NCBI GenBank assembly: GCA_964447205.1
Contig: CAYUSB010000023.1
Span: forward strand, 21,614-85,613
Origin: an uncultured Myxococcaceae bacterium
GTDB taxonomy: Bacteria > Myxococcota_A > Polyangia > Polyangiales > Ga0077539
Reading direction: 5' to 3'
Length of the DNA: 64,000 nt
How positions within the stretch are numbered: position 1 is the first letter of the stretch; each line of letters begins with the position of its first letter. Of this stretch, positions 8,998-19,535 are shown piece by piece. The notes beneath the pieces were generated by a model, which searched no databases, was not told the DNA's origin, and worked only from the letters and a program-made list of their open reading frames with translations. The translations under genes and the position numbers were made by a program.

Positions 8998-10091
8998 GGG
9001 GTGTGGATCCCCTCGATGAAGCGCTCGATGACGGCGAGGATGGGCTTCGAGGCCGCGACGAAGGCGAGGGCCCGGCCGAAGCGTGGTGCCTCGAAGAGCG
9101 AGGCCATGTGCCCGAGGGCCTCGCGTTTGTTGGGCGCCTTCTCCAGGCGCACGAGGTAATCGAGGAGGCCGCGGCGGGCCTCTTCGGCGCGGGCGGACGG
9201 GCAGCGCCCGGCCTCGAGGTAGTGCAGGAGCTGTTCGTTCAAGAGCGCGAGCTCGGGGATCGCCAGCTTCTCGGCCCGCTTGCGCTCCTTGGCGGTGCCG
9301 AAGAGCACGTCCTCCACCGTGAGTCCCGCCGTGCGGCCGAGGTGCTGCCGGAGCAGGAGGGCGGCCTTGGCGCCGACGATCCCCGAGATGAGCTTGAAGT
9401 GGATCGGCGACGGGTCGTGGATCTGTGCGAGCACCTCGGCGACGCGTGCCCATGCGCGCCGGTCGGGGGTACGCTCGAGGTTCCTCCGTACGGAGCCCTC
9501 GCCGGAGGTTGCGTCGTTGTCCCCGTCAAGCAGCCCAGGGTTTTCCTGGATGAACGACACGACCCGTGCGTCGAGGCCTGTCTCGTTCGCCCACACGATC
9601 CAGTCGTCGACCGTCGGGCGGAACGTGTAGACGTTGAAGCGCGAGACCAGGGCGGGATCGAGGTCGGTGATCTGGTATTCCTCCCCGTCGTTGACGGCCG
9701 CGACGACGGCGCTCCCTTCGGGCAGACGTCGGCCTGCGAGGGTGCGGTTCAGGGTGAGGTCTTGCACGGCCTGGAGGAGCTCGGGGCGGGCGCGGTTGAG
9801 CTCGTCGAGGAAGAGCGCGACGGGGCGCGCGTCCGTGGGCCACCAGAACGGGGGGAGGAAGTCGGTGCGACCGGTCGCCGCGTTGGGGTGCGGCAGGCCG
9901 ATGAGGTCGCCCGGGTCGCTCATCTGGCCGAGGAAGAACGACGTGACGGGGAGCTTCGCCTCGTGCTCGAAGTAGTATTTCAGGATCTCGGACTTGCCCA
10001 GGCCGTGGCGCCCGACCAGGAGGATGTTCTGACGGCGGGGCGTCGCAGCGAGGATGGCGAAGAGCTCGGGGACGTCGACGATCACGCTCAC
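8994..10091 (-). CDS. MoxR-family AAA+ ATPase
   Basis: Walker A GRHGLGKS, DPGDLIGLP, Walker B LFLDELNRA, AAVN, LDPALVSRF, PDRRAW. Confidence 0.9.
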   Translation of the reverse strand: MSVIVDVPELFAILAATPRRQNILLVGRHGLGKSEILKYYFEHEAKLPVTSFFLGQMSDPGDLIGLPHPNAATGRTDFLPPFWWPTDARPVALFLDELNRARPELLQAVQDLTLNRTLAGRRLPEGSAVVAAVNDGEEYQITDLDPALVSRFNVYTFRPTVDDWIVWANETGLDARVVSFIQENPGLLDGDNDATSGEGSVRRNLERTPDRRAWARVAEVLAQIHDPSPIHFKLISGIVGAKAALLLRQHLGRTAGLTVEDVLFGTAKERKRAEKLAIPELALLNEQLLHYLEAGRCPSARAEEARRGLLDYLVRLEKAPNKREALGHMASLFEAPRFGRALAFVAASKPILAVIERFIEGIHTP

Positions 10092-10157
10092 AGCGCAGGA
10101 GTATAGGCTGACCCGCCCGGAGCGCAGGTGTCCTGACGGCGCCCGTGTGTGACAGCC

Positions 10158-10712
10158 TCAGGGCATGTTCAGGGTCACGATGTCGCCGGCGGGGGCGACA
10201 AACCGCGCCACCTCCCGGCCCGCCCCGCGCGGGGACTGCTCGTCGACCTCGATGCGGGTCGCCACCAGCTCGGGCCCGCTGCGCCGCACGACAAACTCCG
10301 TCCCCGCCCCGGCCCACCAGCAGCGGTACGCCCCGAGGGCTCCGTCGGGCGTCGCCGCCGCGGAGCACACCCCGGGGATCACGCCGAGGTCGCGGGTCTC
10401 GAGGGTCCCCGTGGGGAGCCGCAGGGTGAGGCTCAGCTGCTGCCGGGGCATGTCGTGCTCCCCGGGGGGCAAGGGGCGAGACCCCAGGGACAGGCCGAAA
10501 CGAGACGGCGGAGGCGGAGGCGCCGCGTCGGGCACATCGTCCGGGGCCGTGGCCGTGGCCGGGGCTGCAGGGGGCGCCGCGGGCGTCGTGGCGGGGACGT
10601 CGGGCGTCGTGGCGGGGACGTCCGTGCGACGCGGGGCCGGGGCCTCGGTGCGGCGCTGGCACGCGGCCGAGAGACACAACACAAGGGCGAGGGGCAGAGT
10701 GGAGGGCTTCAT
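10158..10712 (-). CDS. Hypothetical lipoprotein with Pro/Ala-rich linker
   Basis: MKPSTLPLALVLCLSAAC lipobox, DVPATTP repeats, globular C-terminus (CWWAGAG). Confidence 0.6.
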   Translation of the reverse strand: MKPSTLPLALVLCLSAACQRRTEAPAPRRTDVPATTPDVPATTPAAPPAAPATATAPDDVPDAAPPPPPSRFGLSLGSRPLPPGEHDMPRQQLSLTLRLPTGTLETRDLGVIPGVCSAAATPDGALGAYRCWWAGAGTEFVVRRSGPELVATRIEVDEQSPRGAGREVARFVAPAGDIVTLNMP

Positions 10713-10746
10713 CGTCGAGGGCCTGTCGTGAGGAGCCACAGAGGCG

Positions 10747-12189
10747 TTACAGGTAGCTGCTGTTGAACCACCACTCCGTGCTCACCCCGAGGAAGTGCTC
10801 GACGCTGTAATACCCGAAGGGGTCGTCGGGGGCGTAGAGCCGCCGGGCTCCGGCGTCGCGGGCGGTGGCGATGTAGAGGAGCTGCAGGTGGGGGCGGGTG
10901 TAGCTCCCGCGCCCGCCGGGGGACACAAAGGGAATGACCCCCAGGCGGCCTACGGTGCCCGTCACGGCCCCCTGGCCCGTGGCAGGGTCGAGGGCGAGGT
11001 ACGAGACGTGTTGCACGCTGGCGTCGAGGGCGAGGCCCACATGGTGACCGAACCACACCATGGGCCGCACGTTGACGGCGCCCTCTTGCAGGGCCGCGCG
11101 CCCGAAGACCCCGGGGTCGGCGTCGCGGAAGTAGCGGAAGTACGCCCCGAGCATCACGGCGAAGGGCCCGTGCTCGTAGTTGCCCGCGAGGGCCACGTTG
11201 AACTCCTCGGCCCGGGCCGCCGTGCGTCCGCTGGTGAGGGTGGTGGGGACCCGCAGGTCGCCGTAGGCCCCGAGCCCCTGGCCGTAGCGGGCGAAGAGGT
11301 TGAGGAAGTTGGCCCCGCGGTAGAGGCCCACCTGGGCTCCTGCGACGTAGCCCGAGTCGGCGGGGAGCTCGACCCGGGTCCCGGCCTCGTTGATCTCGCG
11401 CACCCCGGCGCTCATGGCGTGCTGCTCGGCGTAGAGGGCCACCTTGAGGCCCGACCGGGCCGTGCGCCCGGCGGAGTACCAGGTGGCCTTGAAGGAGGAC
11501 AGGATCCGCGGGCGGTCGAGGAGGTAGGCCGTGGCGGGGCCGAAGCCGTCGCGGGGGGTGATCCGCAGGGTCTGGAGCTGGTAGGGGTCTTCGAGGCGGT
11601 TGATGCCCACGGCGAGGGCCAGGAGGAAGTTGTCGCCGAGCTCGTAGCGGGCCCCCCCGCCGACCATGTTGAGGTTGTCGAGGGGCCACCAGTTGAGGAG
11701 GTAGACGTCGTCGCCGCGGTACATCCGCGACCCGGCCCAGAGCGACAGGCGCGGGGACATCATGCCCTGGGCCTCGAGGTACAGGTTGCGCACGGCGAAG
11801 GTCTGGTCGAAGCGGCCCGTGAAGTGGAAGAGGCTCTCGTTGGCGGCGAGGGTCACCACGGTGCGCCAGTGGACGTGCCGGTGCTGGCCGTCGTAATTGA
11901 ACTGCAGCTCGGCGTACGACGGGGCGTCCATCCGCGGGCCGAAGGCCACCACGTTGGCGGGCCGACCCGTGCGTCCCCGGAGGTCGCTCGCCACGGTGAC
12001 CCGCCCGTACGAGCCGAAGGAGAAGCCCGTGGCGGGCCGCGCCTCGGGCGCAGGGCCAGGGCCGGGGAGAGAAGGGGCCGACGGGGGCAGGGCGGGTCGG
12101 GCGGGCCCCGCAGGCTGCGCGAAACACACCGAAGAACCCAGCGACGCAGCGAGCGACGCGACACACACCCAGGCAACAGACGCTCGCAT
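10747..12189 (-). CDS. Carbohydrate porin (LamB/maltoporin-like)
   Basis: Signal peptide, FSFGSYGR, YAELQF, VRNLYLEA, WAGSRMYRGDDVYLLNWWPLDNLN..GGG, C-terminal EWWFN aromatic strand. Confidence 0.8.
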   Translation of the reverse strand: MRASVAWVCVASLAASLGSSVCFAQPAGPARPALPPSAPSLPGPGPAPEARPATGFSFGSYGRVTVASDLRGRTGRPANVVAFGPRMDAPSYAELQFNYDGQHRHVHWRTVVTLAANESLFHFTGRFDQTFAVRNLYLEAQGMMSPRLSLWAGSRMYRGDDVYLLNWWPLDNLNMVGGGARYELGDNFLLALAVGINRLEDPYQLQTLRITPRDGFGPATAYLLDRPRILSSFKATWYSAGRTARSGLKVALYAEQHAMSAGVREINEAGTRVELPADSGYVAGAQVGLYRGANFLNLFARYGQGLGAYGDLRVPTTLTSGRTAARAEEFNVALAGNYEHGPFAVMLGAYFRYFRDADPGVFGRAALQEGAVNVRPMVWFGHHVGLALDASVQHVSYLALDPATGQGAVTGTVGRLGVIPFVSPGGRGSYTRPHLQLLYIATARDAGARRLYAPDDPFGYYSVEHFLGVSTEWWFNSSYL

Positions 12190-12246
12190 CGGCCGGGAGC
12201 CTAATCCAACTCCCCGCGCGTGCGTACCCCCGAGTGCGGGAAGTGC

Positions 12247-13143
12247 CTACTGCCGGGCTTGGAGGTAGAGGTTGTTGACCATGGCCCCGCTCAGGCGGTA
12301 GCTCCGCCCGCCTTCGGCCGGGGTGTCCTCGTCGCGGAAGCTCCACACCCTCACCCGCGCATTTTGCATGCGGAACCCTGCCTGGGCCAGGAGGTCCTGC
12401 CCCACGACCACCCGGCCCTGTTGGGTGGGGTTGCACACGATGAGGGGCGAGGCCGAGGGGTCGCCGGCGGGGACCCGTTCGATGCGGACGAGGGCGCTGG
12501 TGGCCTCGGCGCTCTCCCAGGCTACGACCAGGTCGCCCGAGGCGGGCCAGGTGGTGACGGCCAGGCGGGTGGGCTCGGTGATGATCACCGCGGTGGGAAA
12601 CCGCATCGTGCCCATGAGGTCGGTCACCGCGTCGCCCTCGACCCCCTCGTCGGCGCTGAGGACGCTGAGGGACCGGTCGCGGGCGATCGACCCGCACGAG
12701 GACAATGGCTGCTCGATGGGGACCCGTCCGCCCGGTTGGGGGCAGAAGGACAGGGTGTCGTCGAGGCCTCCGCTGCGCAGGGACAGGGCCCCGGCGCACA
12801 CCTGCCGCTGGCGGGCGTAGTACACCTCGGGGGCCTCGGTGTAGAGCCTGCATCCGTTGGCCTCGTCGAGGGCCGCGGGGTTGTTGGCGCTGGCCGCGGT
12901 CACGTTGAAGAGGAGGGTGGTCAGGCCGCAGACGATCCCGCGGCCGTCGGGATTGGCCCGCTCCTCGTGGCGTACGACCAGGGCCCGGACGGGGGGGGTG
13001 TCGAGCCGGAGGGTCTCGGGCAGGGGGCTGCGTCGGGGAAGGGCGTAGCCCGATCCGGGGCCCGTGGGCGGGGCCTCGTCGCCGCATCCGAGGCCGAGGG
13101 TGCCGAGGGCGGCGAGGGCGAGGAGGGGGAGGGGGCGGGTCAT
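12247..13143 (-). CDS. Hypothetical Cys-containing lipoprotein
   Basis: MTRPLPLLALAALGTLGLGC lipobox; ATG overlaps the regulator stop (13140-13143). Confidence 0.65.
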   Translation of the reverse strand: MTRPLPLLALAALGTLGLGCGDEAPPTGPGSGYALPRRSPLPETLRLDTPPVRALVVRHEERANPDGRGIVCGLTTLLFNVTAASANNPAALDEANGCRLYTEAPEVYYARQRQVCAGALSLRSGGLDDTLSFCPQPGGRVPIEQPLSSCGSIARDRSLSVLSADEGVEGDAVTDLMGTMRFPTAVIITEPTRLAVTTWPASGDLVVAWESAEATSALVRIERVPAGDPSASPLIVCNPTQQGRVVVGQDLLAQAGFRMQNARVRVWSFRDEDTPAEGGRSYRLSGAMVNNLYLQARQ

Positions 13144-14570
13144 GCGTCGTCGTCCTCGTCGTGGGGGAGGGCCCCGGGGCGCTGGATGCCGAGGGAGCGC
13201 ATCTTCTTGTAGAAATGCGAGCGCTCCAGGGCCAGGTCGCGGGCGGCGTGGGTGGCGTTGCCCTTGTGGTGCTCGAGGGCTCGCAGGATCAGGTCGCGCT
13301 CGACCGACTCCATCAGATCCTTCCACGGAACCCCCGGGATGTAGTGCCCGTCGCGTCCCGAGGCGGCGAGGCCTGAGGCCCCGGTTCCGCCGGAGACGGT
13401 GCCTGCGGGGAGGGCGGCCCGGACGTCGTCCTCGTCGACCACGTCGTTGGGGGTGAGGATCACGAGGCGTTCGACGAGGTTGCGCAGCTCGCGGACGTTG
13501 CCAGGGAAGGGGTACCGCATGAGGAGGTTGGTGGCCCCGACGGTGAGGCGTTTGGGTGCCCGATCGTTGGCGAGGCAGGAGGCCGGGAGGAAGTTTTCGA
13601 TGAGGCTGGGGATGTCCTCGCGGCGGGCCCGCAAGGCCGGGATGTGCACCGGAACCACATGGAGCCGGTCGTACAGATCGGCTCGAAACCGCCCTGAGTT
13701 TACGTCCCCCACGAGGTCGCGGTTGGTGGCGGCCACCACCCGGACGTCGACCTTGAGGGTGCCGTTGCCCCCGACCCGCTCGATCTCGCCCTCTTGCATC
13801 ACCCGCAGGAGCTTGGCCTGCATGGGCTGGGGCATGTCTCCCACCTCGTCGAGGAAGAGGGTCGAGCCGTGGGCCCGCTCAAACTTCCCCTTGCGCTGCC
13901 GTACGGCCCCGGTGAAGGCCCCCGCCTCGTGGCCGAAGAGCTCGCTCTCGATCAACTCGTGCGGAACCGCCGCGCAGTTGAGCTTCTCCATGGGCTGTTG
14001 GGCCCGCCGCGATCCGCTGTGGATGGCCCGGGCCACGAGCTCCTTGCCGGTCCCGCGCTCGCCCGTCACGAGGACGGTGGCCGCGCTGCCTGCGGCGAGG
14101 CGGACCCGCTCGCGGAGCTGGCGCATCACGGGGCTGTCCCCGAGCAGGGCGTTGGTCGACCCGAGGCGGCCCTCGAGCTCCTGGAGCCTGTCCTCCATCC
14201 GGGCCACGGCCAGGACCTTCTGCACTGCAAACAGGAGCTTCTCCGTGCTGGCGAAGGGTTTTTCGAGGAAGTCCTGGGCCCCGAGGCGGGTGGCCTCGAC
14301 GGCCGTCTCGATGGTCCCGTGCCCGGACATCATCACCACGGGGGTGTCGATCTGTTGGGCCCGGAGCCTGCGCAAGACCTCCAGCCCCGTGGCCTTCGGG
14401 AGCTGGACATCGAGCAGGACGAGGTCGTAGGCCCGGGTGGTGCACTTGTCGAAGGCCGCGGCCCCGTCGGCGGCGGTGTCCACCTCGTAGCCCTCGTCCT
14501 TCAGGGCGAGGCTGACGCTGCGGAGCACGTTGGGTTCGTCATCGACCACCAGGATTGTCGCGCGGGCCAT
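13140..14570 (-). CDS. Sigma-54-dependent response regulator (REC-AAA+-Fis HTH; NtrC/NtrX-like)
   Basis: ILVVDDE...LLDVQLP, Walker A GERGTGKE, ESELFGHEAGAFTGA, LFLDEVGDM, FRADLYDRL, PGNVRELRN, C-terminal HTH. It is the 3' part of the 13140-17990 ORF. Confidence 0.95.
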   Translation of the reverse strand: MARATILVVDDEPNVLRSVSLALKDEGYEVDTAADGAAAFDKCTTRAYDLVLLDVQLPKATGLEVLRRLRAQQIDTPVVMMSGHGTIETAVEATRLGAQDFLEKPFASTEKLLFAVQKVLAVARMEDRLQELEGRLGSTNALLGDSPVMRQLRERVRLAAGSAATVLVTGERGTGKELVARAIHSGSRRAQQPMEKLNCAAVPHELIESELFGHEAGAFTGAVRQRKGKFERAHGSTLFLDEVGDMPQPMQAKLLRVMQEGEIERVGGNGTLKVDVRVVAATNRDLVGDVNSGRFRADLYDRLHVVPVHIPALRARREDIPSLIENFLPASCLANDRAPKRLTVGATNLLMRYPFPGNVRELRNLVERLVILTPNDVVDEDDVRAALPAGTVSGGTGASGLAASGRDGHYIPGVPWKDLMESVERDLILRALEHHKGNATHAARDLALERSHFYKKMRSLGIQRPGALPHDEDDDA

Positions 14571-14654
14571 CGGGCTGGAGCCTAATACACCCGCCCCCCT
14601 CTGGGGCGATGGCGACCGCCGCAATCGCGCCCCCGGGTGTGATACAACGCCCCC

Positions 14655-15317
14655 GTGGCCGAAGCTCGTACGATCCCCGCGCCCCTGGAGGGCACCGCCC
14701 CGGCCGTGGCCCCGGCTCCGCTGGAGCCTGCCACGGTCACCCTCGACGGCCTGCCCGTCCTGCCCGACACCCCGCGCACCCTCTTGCACACCCACAGCTC
14801 CGAGGTGGTGCTCGACGACGACGGGGCCATCGTGCCCGAGCAGCGGCCCGAGCGCCCGGCCGGGACGGTGCTCGACACCCTCGGCCAGGAGGCCGTGGCC
14901 CAACTGCGCCGCGAGGGGAGCTGGCAGGTCGGGTTTCGGCTCATCGTGGCCCTGGTGGCCATCGTGCTCACGTTTCGTCTGGCCTCCGACGACGCCCTCC
15001 CGCGGCTCCTGGTCTTCCTCGGGAGCGCCCTGGCCGTGGTGGTGATCATCGCCGTGATCGCCCAGAGCGTGGCCGAGTCGCGGCGCCAGCGGGCCATCCT
15101 CGTGGCCCTCGAGCACGTCGTCACCGTGGCCCGCGACCGCCCCGACGCCCTCATCCGCATGACCCCCCAGATCGAGTCGCTCCTGGCCTCCCTGCGGGCC
15201 CCCGCCTCGGTGTGGCCCTGGCACAACGACCGCGACCTCCTCCACGGGGTCCTCGAGCGCACCCTCCCGAGCGGTCCGCGCCTGCCGCGGGAAGACGGCG
15301 CCCCCGGCGACCGTTAG
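14655..15317 (+). CDS. Hypothetical membrane protein (two TM helices)
   Basis: 220 aa ORF with two hydrophobic stretches (VGFRLIVALVAIVLTF; LLVFLGSALAVVVIIAVIA) and coding-like codon use. Confidence 0.6.
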   Translation: MAEARTIPAPLEGTAPAVAPAPLEPATVTLDGLPVLPDTPRTLLHTHSSEVVLDDDGAIVPEQRPERPAGTVLDTLGQEAVAQLRREGSWQVGFRLIVALVAIVLTFRLASDDALPRLLVFLGSALAVVVIIAVIAQSVAESRRQRAILVALEHVVTVARDRPDALIRMTPQIESLLASLRAPASVWPWHNDRDLLHGVLERTLPSGPRLPREDGAPGDR

Positions 15318-15332
15318 GCCCCTCCGCACCCG

Positions 15333-18269
15333 ATGCCCAAGGTCTCGCCCCGTTCGGCCCGCGCGGTCACCGCCCTCGTGGCCCTCTCGGGGGGGGCCAC
15401 CCTCGCCGCCGAGGTGCTTGGATCGCGCCTCCTGCGCCCCCTCCTGGGCAGCACCGCGGTGGCCCAGGCCGGGGCCGTGGCGGGCCTCCTCGGGGCCCTG
15501 GGCCTCGGGGCCTGGTGGACAGGCAGGGCCCTGGCCGTAGGGGCCCTCACCCCCGCCCGAACCCTCTCCCGCACCCACGGGCTCCTCGCCCTGTGGTGCC
15601 TCCTGGCCGCCCCCGCGAGCGTCGCCCTGGCCACCCCCGCGGCTCGGGTCCTGGTGGCCCTCGACCTGCGGGTCCCGACCCTGGCCGTGGGAGCTCGGGT
15701 TCTCCTGGCCCTGGGGCTTACGGCCCTGCCGGGGGCCCTGGCGGGGTCGCTCTACCCCTGCGCCGTAGCCCTCCTCCATCGCGGGGCCGGCGCAGGGACG
15801 GCCTGGACCGGCGCGGTCAGCTCCGTGGCCGCCGCGGTTGGGGTCCTGGGCGCGACCTTCTTCCTGGCCCCCCTCCTGGGCGTCGGGGTCACGATGACCC
15901 TCGTGGCCGGGGTGTACGCCCTGGTGGCCCTCGGGGCCCATCGCCTGGCCCGCGCCCTCGACGAGCCCGCGGTCCCTTCGACCACCCTCGGGGCGGGGCG
16001 GTGGCGCACGATGGCCTGGGACCCTGACACCCTTCGGCAGTGTGTCCCCTGGGTGGTTCTGGGGGTCGGGTCGACGGGCTGGCAGGTGGCCCTGGCCCGG
16101 GTGGGGGTTCTGGCCCTCGGGCCGAGCGCGTACGGGCTGGCGGCCGTGACGGCGGGGCATGTCCTGGCCCTCGGGGTCGGAGAGGCCCTGGTGTACCGCC
16201 GGGTGGGCGACGCCCTGGCCCCCGCAGACGCGCGGAGCCGCGGCGGTCGGATCGCCCTGTGGGGAGCCTTCGCGGCGGCCCTGGCAGTGCCCGCGGTGAT
16301 GTCCCTGCCCCGGGGGGTCGAGCGGGTGTTGGAGGGCGGGGTTCCGTCGCTCCTGGGGCTGTGGAGCATGGGGGTGGGGGCGGTGGTTCTGGCCGCGGCC
16401 CCGGTGGCGGTCACGGTGGGGGCGGTGATGGCCCACGCGGCCCGCTCCCTGGCCACGGGCGAGCCTCGGGCGGACGGAGCGGCCAACGGGGCGGTCCTGG
16501 TGTCGACCGCGGCGGGCAACGTCCTCGGGGCCCTGGGGATGGCCCTCGGGGCGATGCCCTGGCTGGGCGTCGAAGGGGCCCTGGGGCTCGCGGCGGGTTT
16601 TGTCGCCCTGGCGGGGGCCCTGGCCCTCGGAGGGCCCGGGAAGGGCCGCGGGTGGGGCCGTACGGCCGCGGTGGCCCTGGCCTTTGTGGCCGTGACGGCC
16701 TGGGGGCAGGGGCGGTCGCGGCGCGACCCGGGGGCGGTGCTCTCGGGGCCATTTTTGTATGCCGGTTCCCAGGAGCTTGAGCTCGGGCGGGTGGCCTGGC
16801 GCCGCGACGGTCGGGAGGCCACGGTGGCCGTACGCCGCGACGACGTGGGGGGGGTCCTCCTGCAGATCGACGGCAAGGTCGACGCCACCAGCGTGGGCGA
16901 CGCGGCCACCCAGACCGTGGTGGGGATCGTCCCGGGGCTCCTGGCCCGGAGCACCCGGTCGGTGTTTGTGATCGGCCTCGGCAGCGGGATGACCGCCGAC
17001 GCGGCCCGGAGCCTGCCCGGGGTGCAGCGGGTCACCGTGGCCGAGCTCGTGCCCGAGGTGGTCCGGGCGGCCCGCGAGGACTTCGCCGAGGCCAACCGGG
17101 GCTGCCTCAACGACCCCCGGGTGCGCGTCCTGGCCGTCGACGCGGCGCACTTTCTCCGCGGATCGACCGACCGCTTCGACGTGATCGTGTCCGAGCCGTC
17201 CAACCCCTGGGTGGCGGGGATGAGCGACCTCTTCACCCGCGAGGCCTTCGCCGCGGCCCGGGAGCGGCTCAACCCGGGGGGAGCCTTCGGGGCCTGGTTT
17301 CACGCGTACAGCACCGACGCCCACACGGTGGCCTCCATCACGGCGACCTTCCACGCGGTCTTTCCGCAGAGCGTCCTGGTGGAGGTCACCCCGGGATCGG
17401 ACTACCTCCTGGTGGGCCTCCGTCCGCCGTACACCCTCGACATGAACACCTTCCTCGGCCGGGCCGCCGACCCCGCCGTGGCCCTGCGCCTCCTCGGGGC
17501 CGGGATCGACGGAGAAGGCGCCCTCCTCGCGCGGTTCCTCTCCGGAACCCGCGGCCCCGCTCGGGTGGGCGCGGGCGGAGACATCCTCACGGCCTCGTCG
17601 CTCACCTTGGAGTTTCGGGCCCCGGCCCTGCTCTACCACGACGCCACCGCGGAGGTGTTTGCCCGCCTCGCCCGCATCGACGACCTGCCCCTGGCGGGCC
17701 TCGGGGCCGACCCCCGGCCCGGGGGGGCGTGGCTGCGGGCCCTCGACGCGAGCGAGGGGCTTCGCGAGGCGGGGGTTCATGCGCGGGCGATGGTTCTGGC
17801 CGAGCGTCGGGGGGATTACGAGAGGGCCCTGGCCGAGGGCGACCAGGCGGTGTCGCTCCGGTCGGGCGACATGCGCCTCCGAACCCAGGTGGCCCGGCTC
17901 TACCTCCGCCGGGCCGAGACCCGGTTTATGCGCCGCGATCCGGGCGGGTCCGAGGCCGACCTCACCTCCGTGCTCGAGCTCAACCCCCACCCGAGCGAGC
18001 GGTTTCGGGCCCTGGTGCTCCTCGGGGAGCTGGCCTTGCGGCGCCGCGACGGCCAGCGGGCCTTGTCGCGGTACACCGAGGCCCTCGGGATCGCCCGTGC
18101 CAGCGGAACCCCCTCTCCCGTCCTACGGGCCCGCCGTGCCGAGGCCCTGCATCTTCTGGGGCATCACGAGGCCGCCCGGGCCGAGCTCCGGGCCGCCGGG
18201 GTGCGCGAGGTCTTCCCCAACGCCCCGCTCCGAGCCCCCACCGACGCAGGGCCCCGGACAGAGCCCTGA
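15333..18269 (+). CDS. Fused membrane transporter-like / spermidine synthase-like methyltransferase with C-terminal TPR
   Basis: About 13 TM segments, then LQIDGKVDA, VFVIGLGSGMT, AELVPEV, DAAHFL, FDVIVSEPSNPWVAG, LFTREAF; TPR-like helices at the C-terminus. Confidence 0.85.
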   Translation: MPKVSPRSARAVTALVALSGGATLAAEVLGSRLLRPLLGSTAVAQAGAVAGLLGALGLGAWWTGRALAVGALTPARTLSRTHGLLALWCLLAAPASVALATPAARVLVALDLRVPTLAVGARVLLALGLTALPGALAGSLYPCAVALLHRGAGAGTAWTGAVSSVAAAVGVLGATFFLAPLLGVGVTMTLVAGVYALVALGAHRLARALDEPAVPSTTLGAGRWRTMAWDPDTLRQCVPWVVLGVGSTGWQVALARVGVLALGPSAYGLAAVTAGHVLALGVGEALVYRRVGDALAPADARSRGGRIALWGAFAAALAVPAVMSLPRGVERVLEGGVPSLLGLWSMGVGAVVLAAAPVAVTVGAVMAHAARSLATGEPRADGAANGAVLVSTAAGNVLGALGMALGAMPWLGVEGALGLAAGFVALAGALALGGPGKGRGWGRTAAVALAFVAVTAWGQGRSRRDPGAVLSGPFLYAGSQELELGRVAWRRDGREATVAVRRDDVGGVLLQIDGKVDATSVGDAATQTVVGIVPGLLARSTRSVFVIGLGSGMTADAARSLPGVQRVTVAELVPEVVRAAREDFAEANRGCLNDPRVRVLAVDAAHFLRGSTDRFDVIVSEPSNPWVAGMSDLFTREAFAAARERLNPGGAFGAWFHAYSTDAHTVASITATFHAVFPQSVLVEVTPGSDYLLVGLRPPYTLDMNTFLGRAADPAVALRLLGAGIDGEGALLARFLSGTRGPARVGAGGDILTASSLTLEFRAPALLYHDATAEVFARLARIDDLPLAGLGADPRPGGAWLRALDASEGLREAGVHARAMVLAERRGDYERALAEGDQAVSLRSGDMRLRTQVARLYLRRAETRFMRRDPGGSEADLTSVLELNPHPSERFRALVLLGELALRRRDGQRALSRYTEALGIARASGTPSPVLRARRAEALHLLGHHEAARAELRAAGVREVFPNAPLRAPTDAGPRTEP

Positions 18270-18288
18270 CACGGCGGGCGGTGCGTCC

Positions 18289-19431
<1,143 letters not shown>

Positions 19432-19535
19432 TGCTTGCATCCTCCAACAAAATGGGGACGGAGTCTCGCACGCCCTCCCCGGAGGCGGTACCGGGAATGT
19501 CGCCCGACCCGCCGGGCGTTGCCCGCTCTACCCTG

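Noticed and set aside
13140-17990. 1616-aa minus-strand ORF as one giant protein
   Set aside because: Only the last 476 aa (response regulator) are real; the rest is the antisense shadow of the plus-strand genes 14655-18269.
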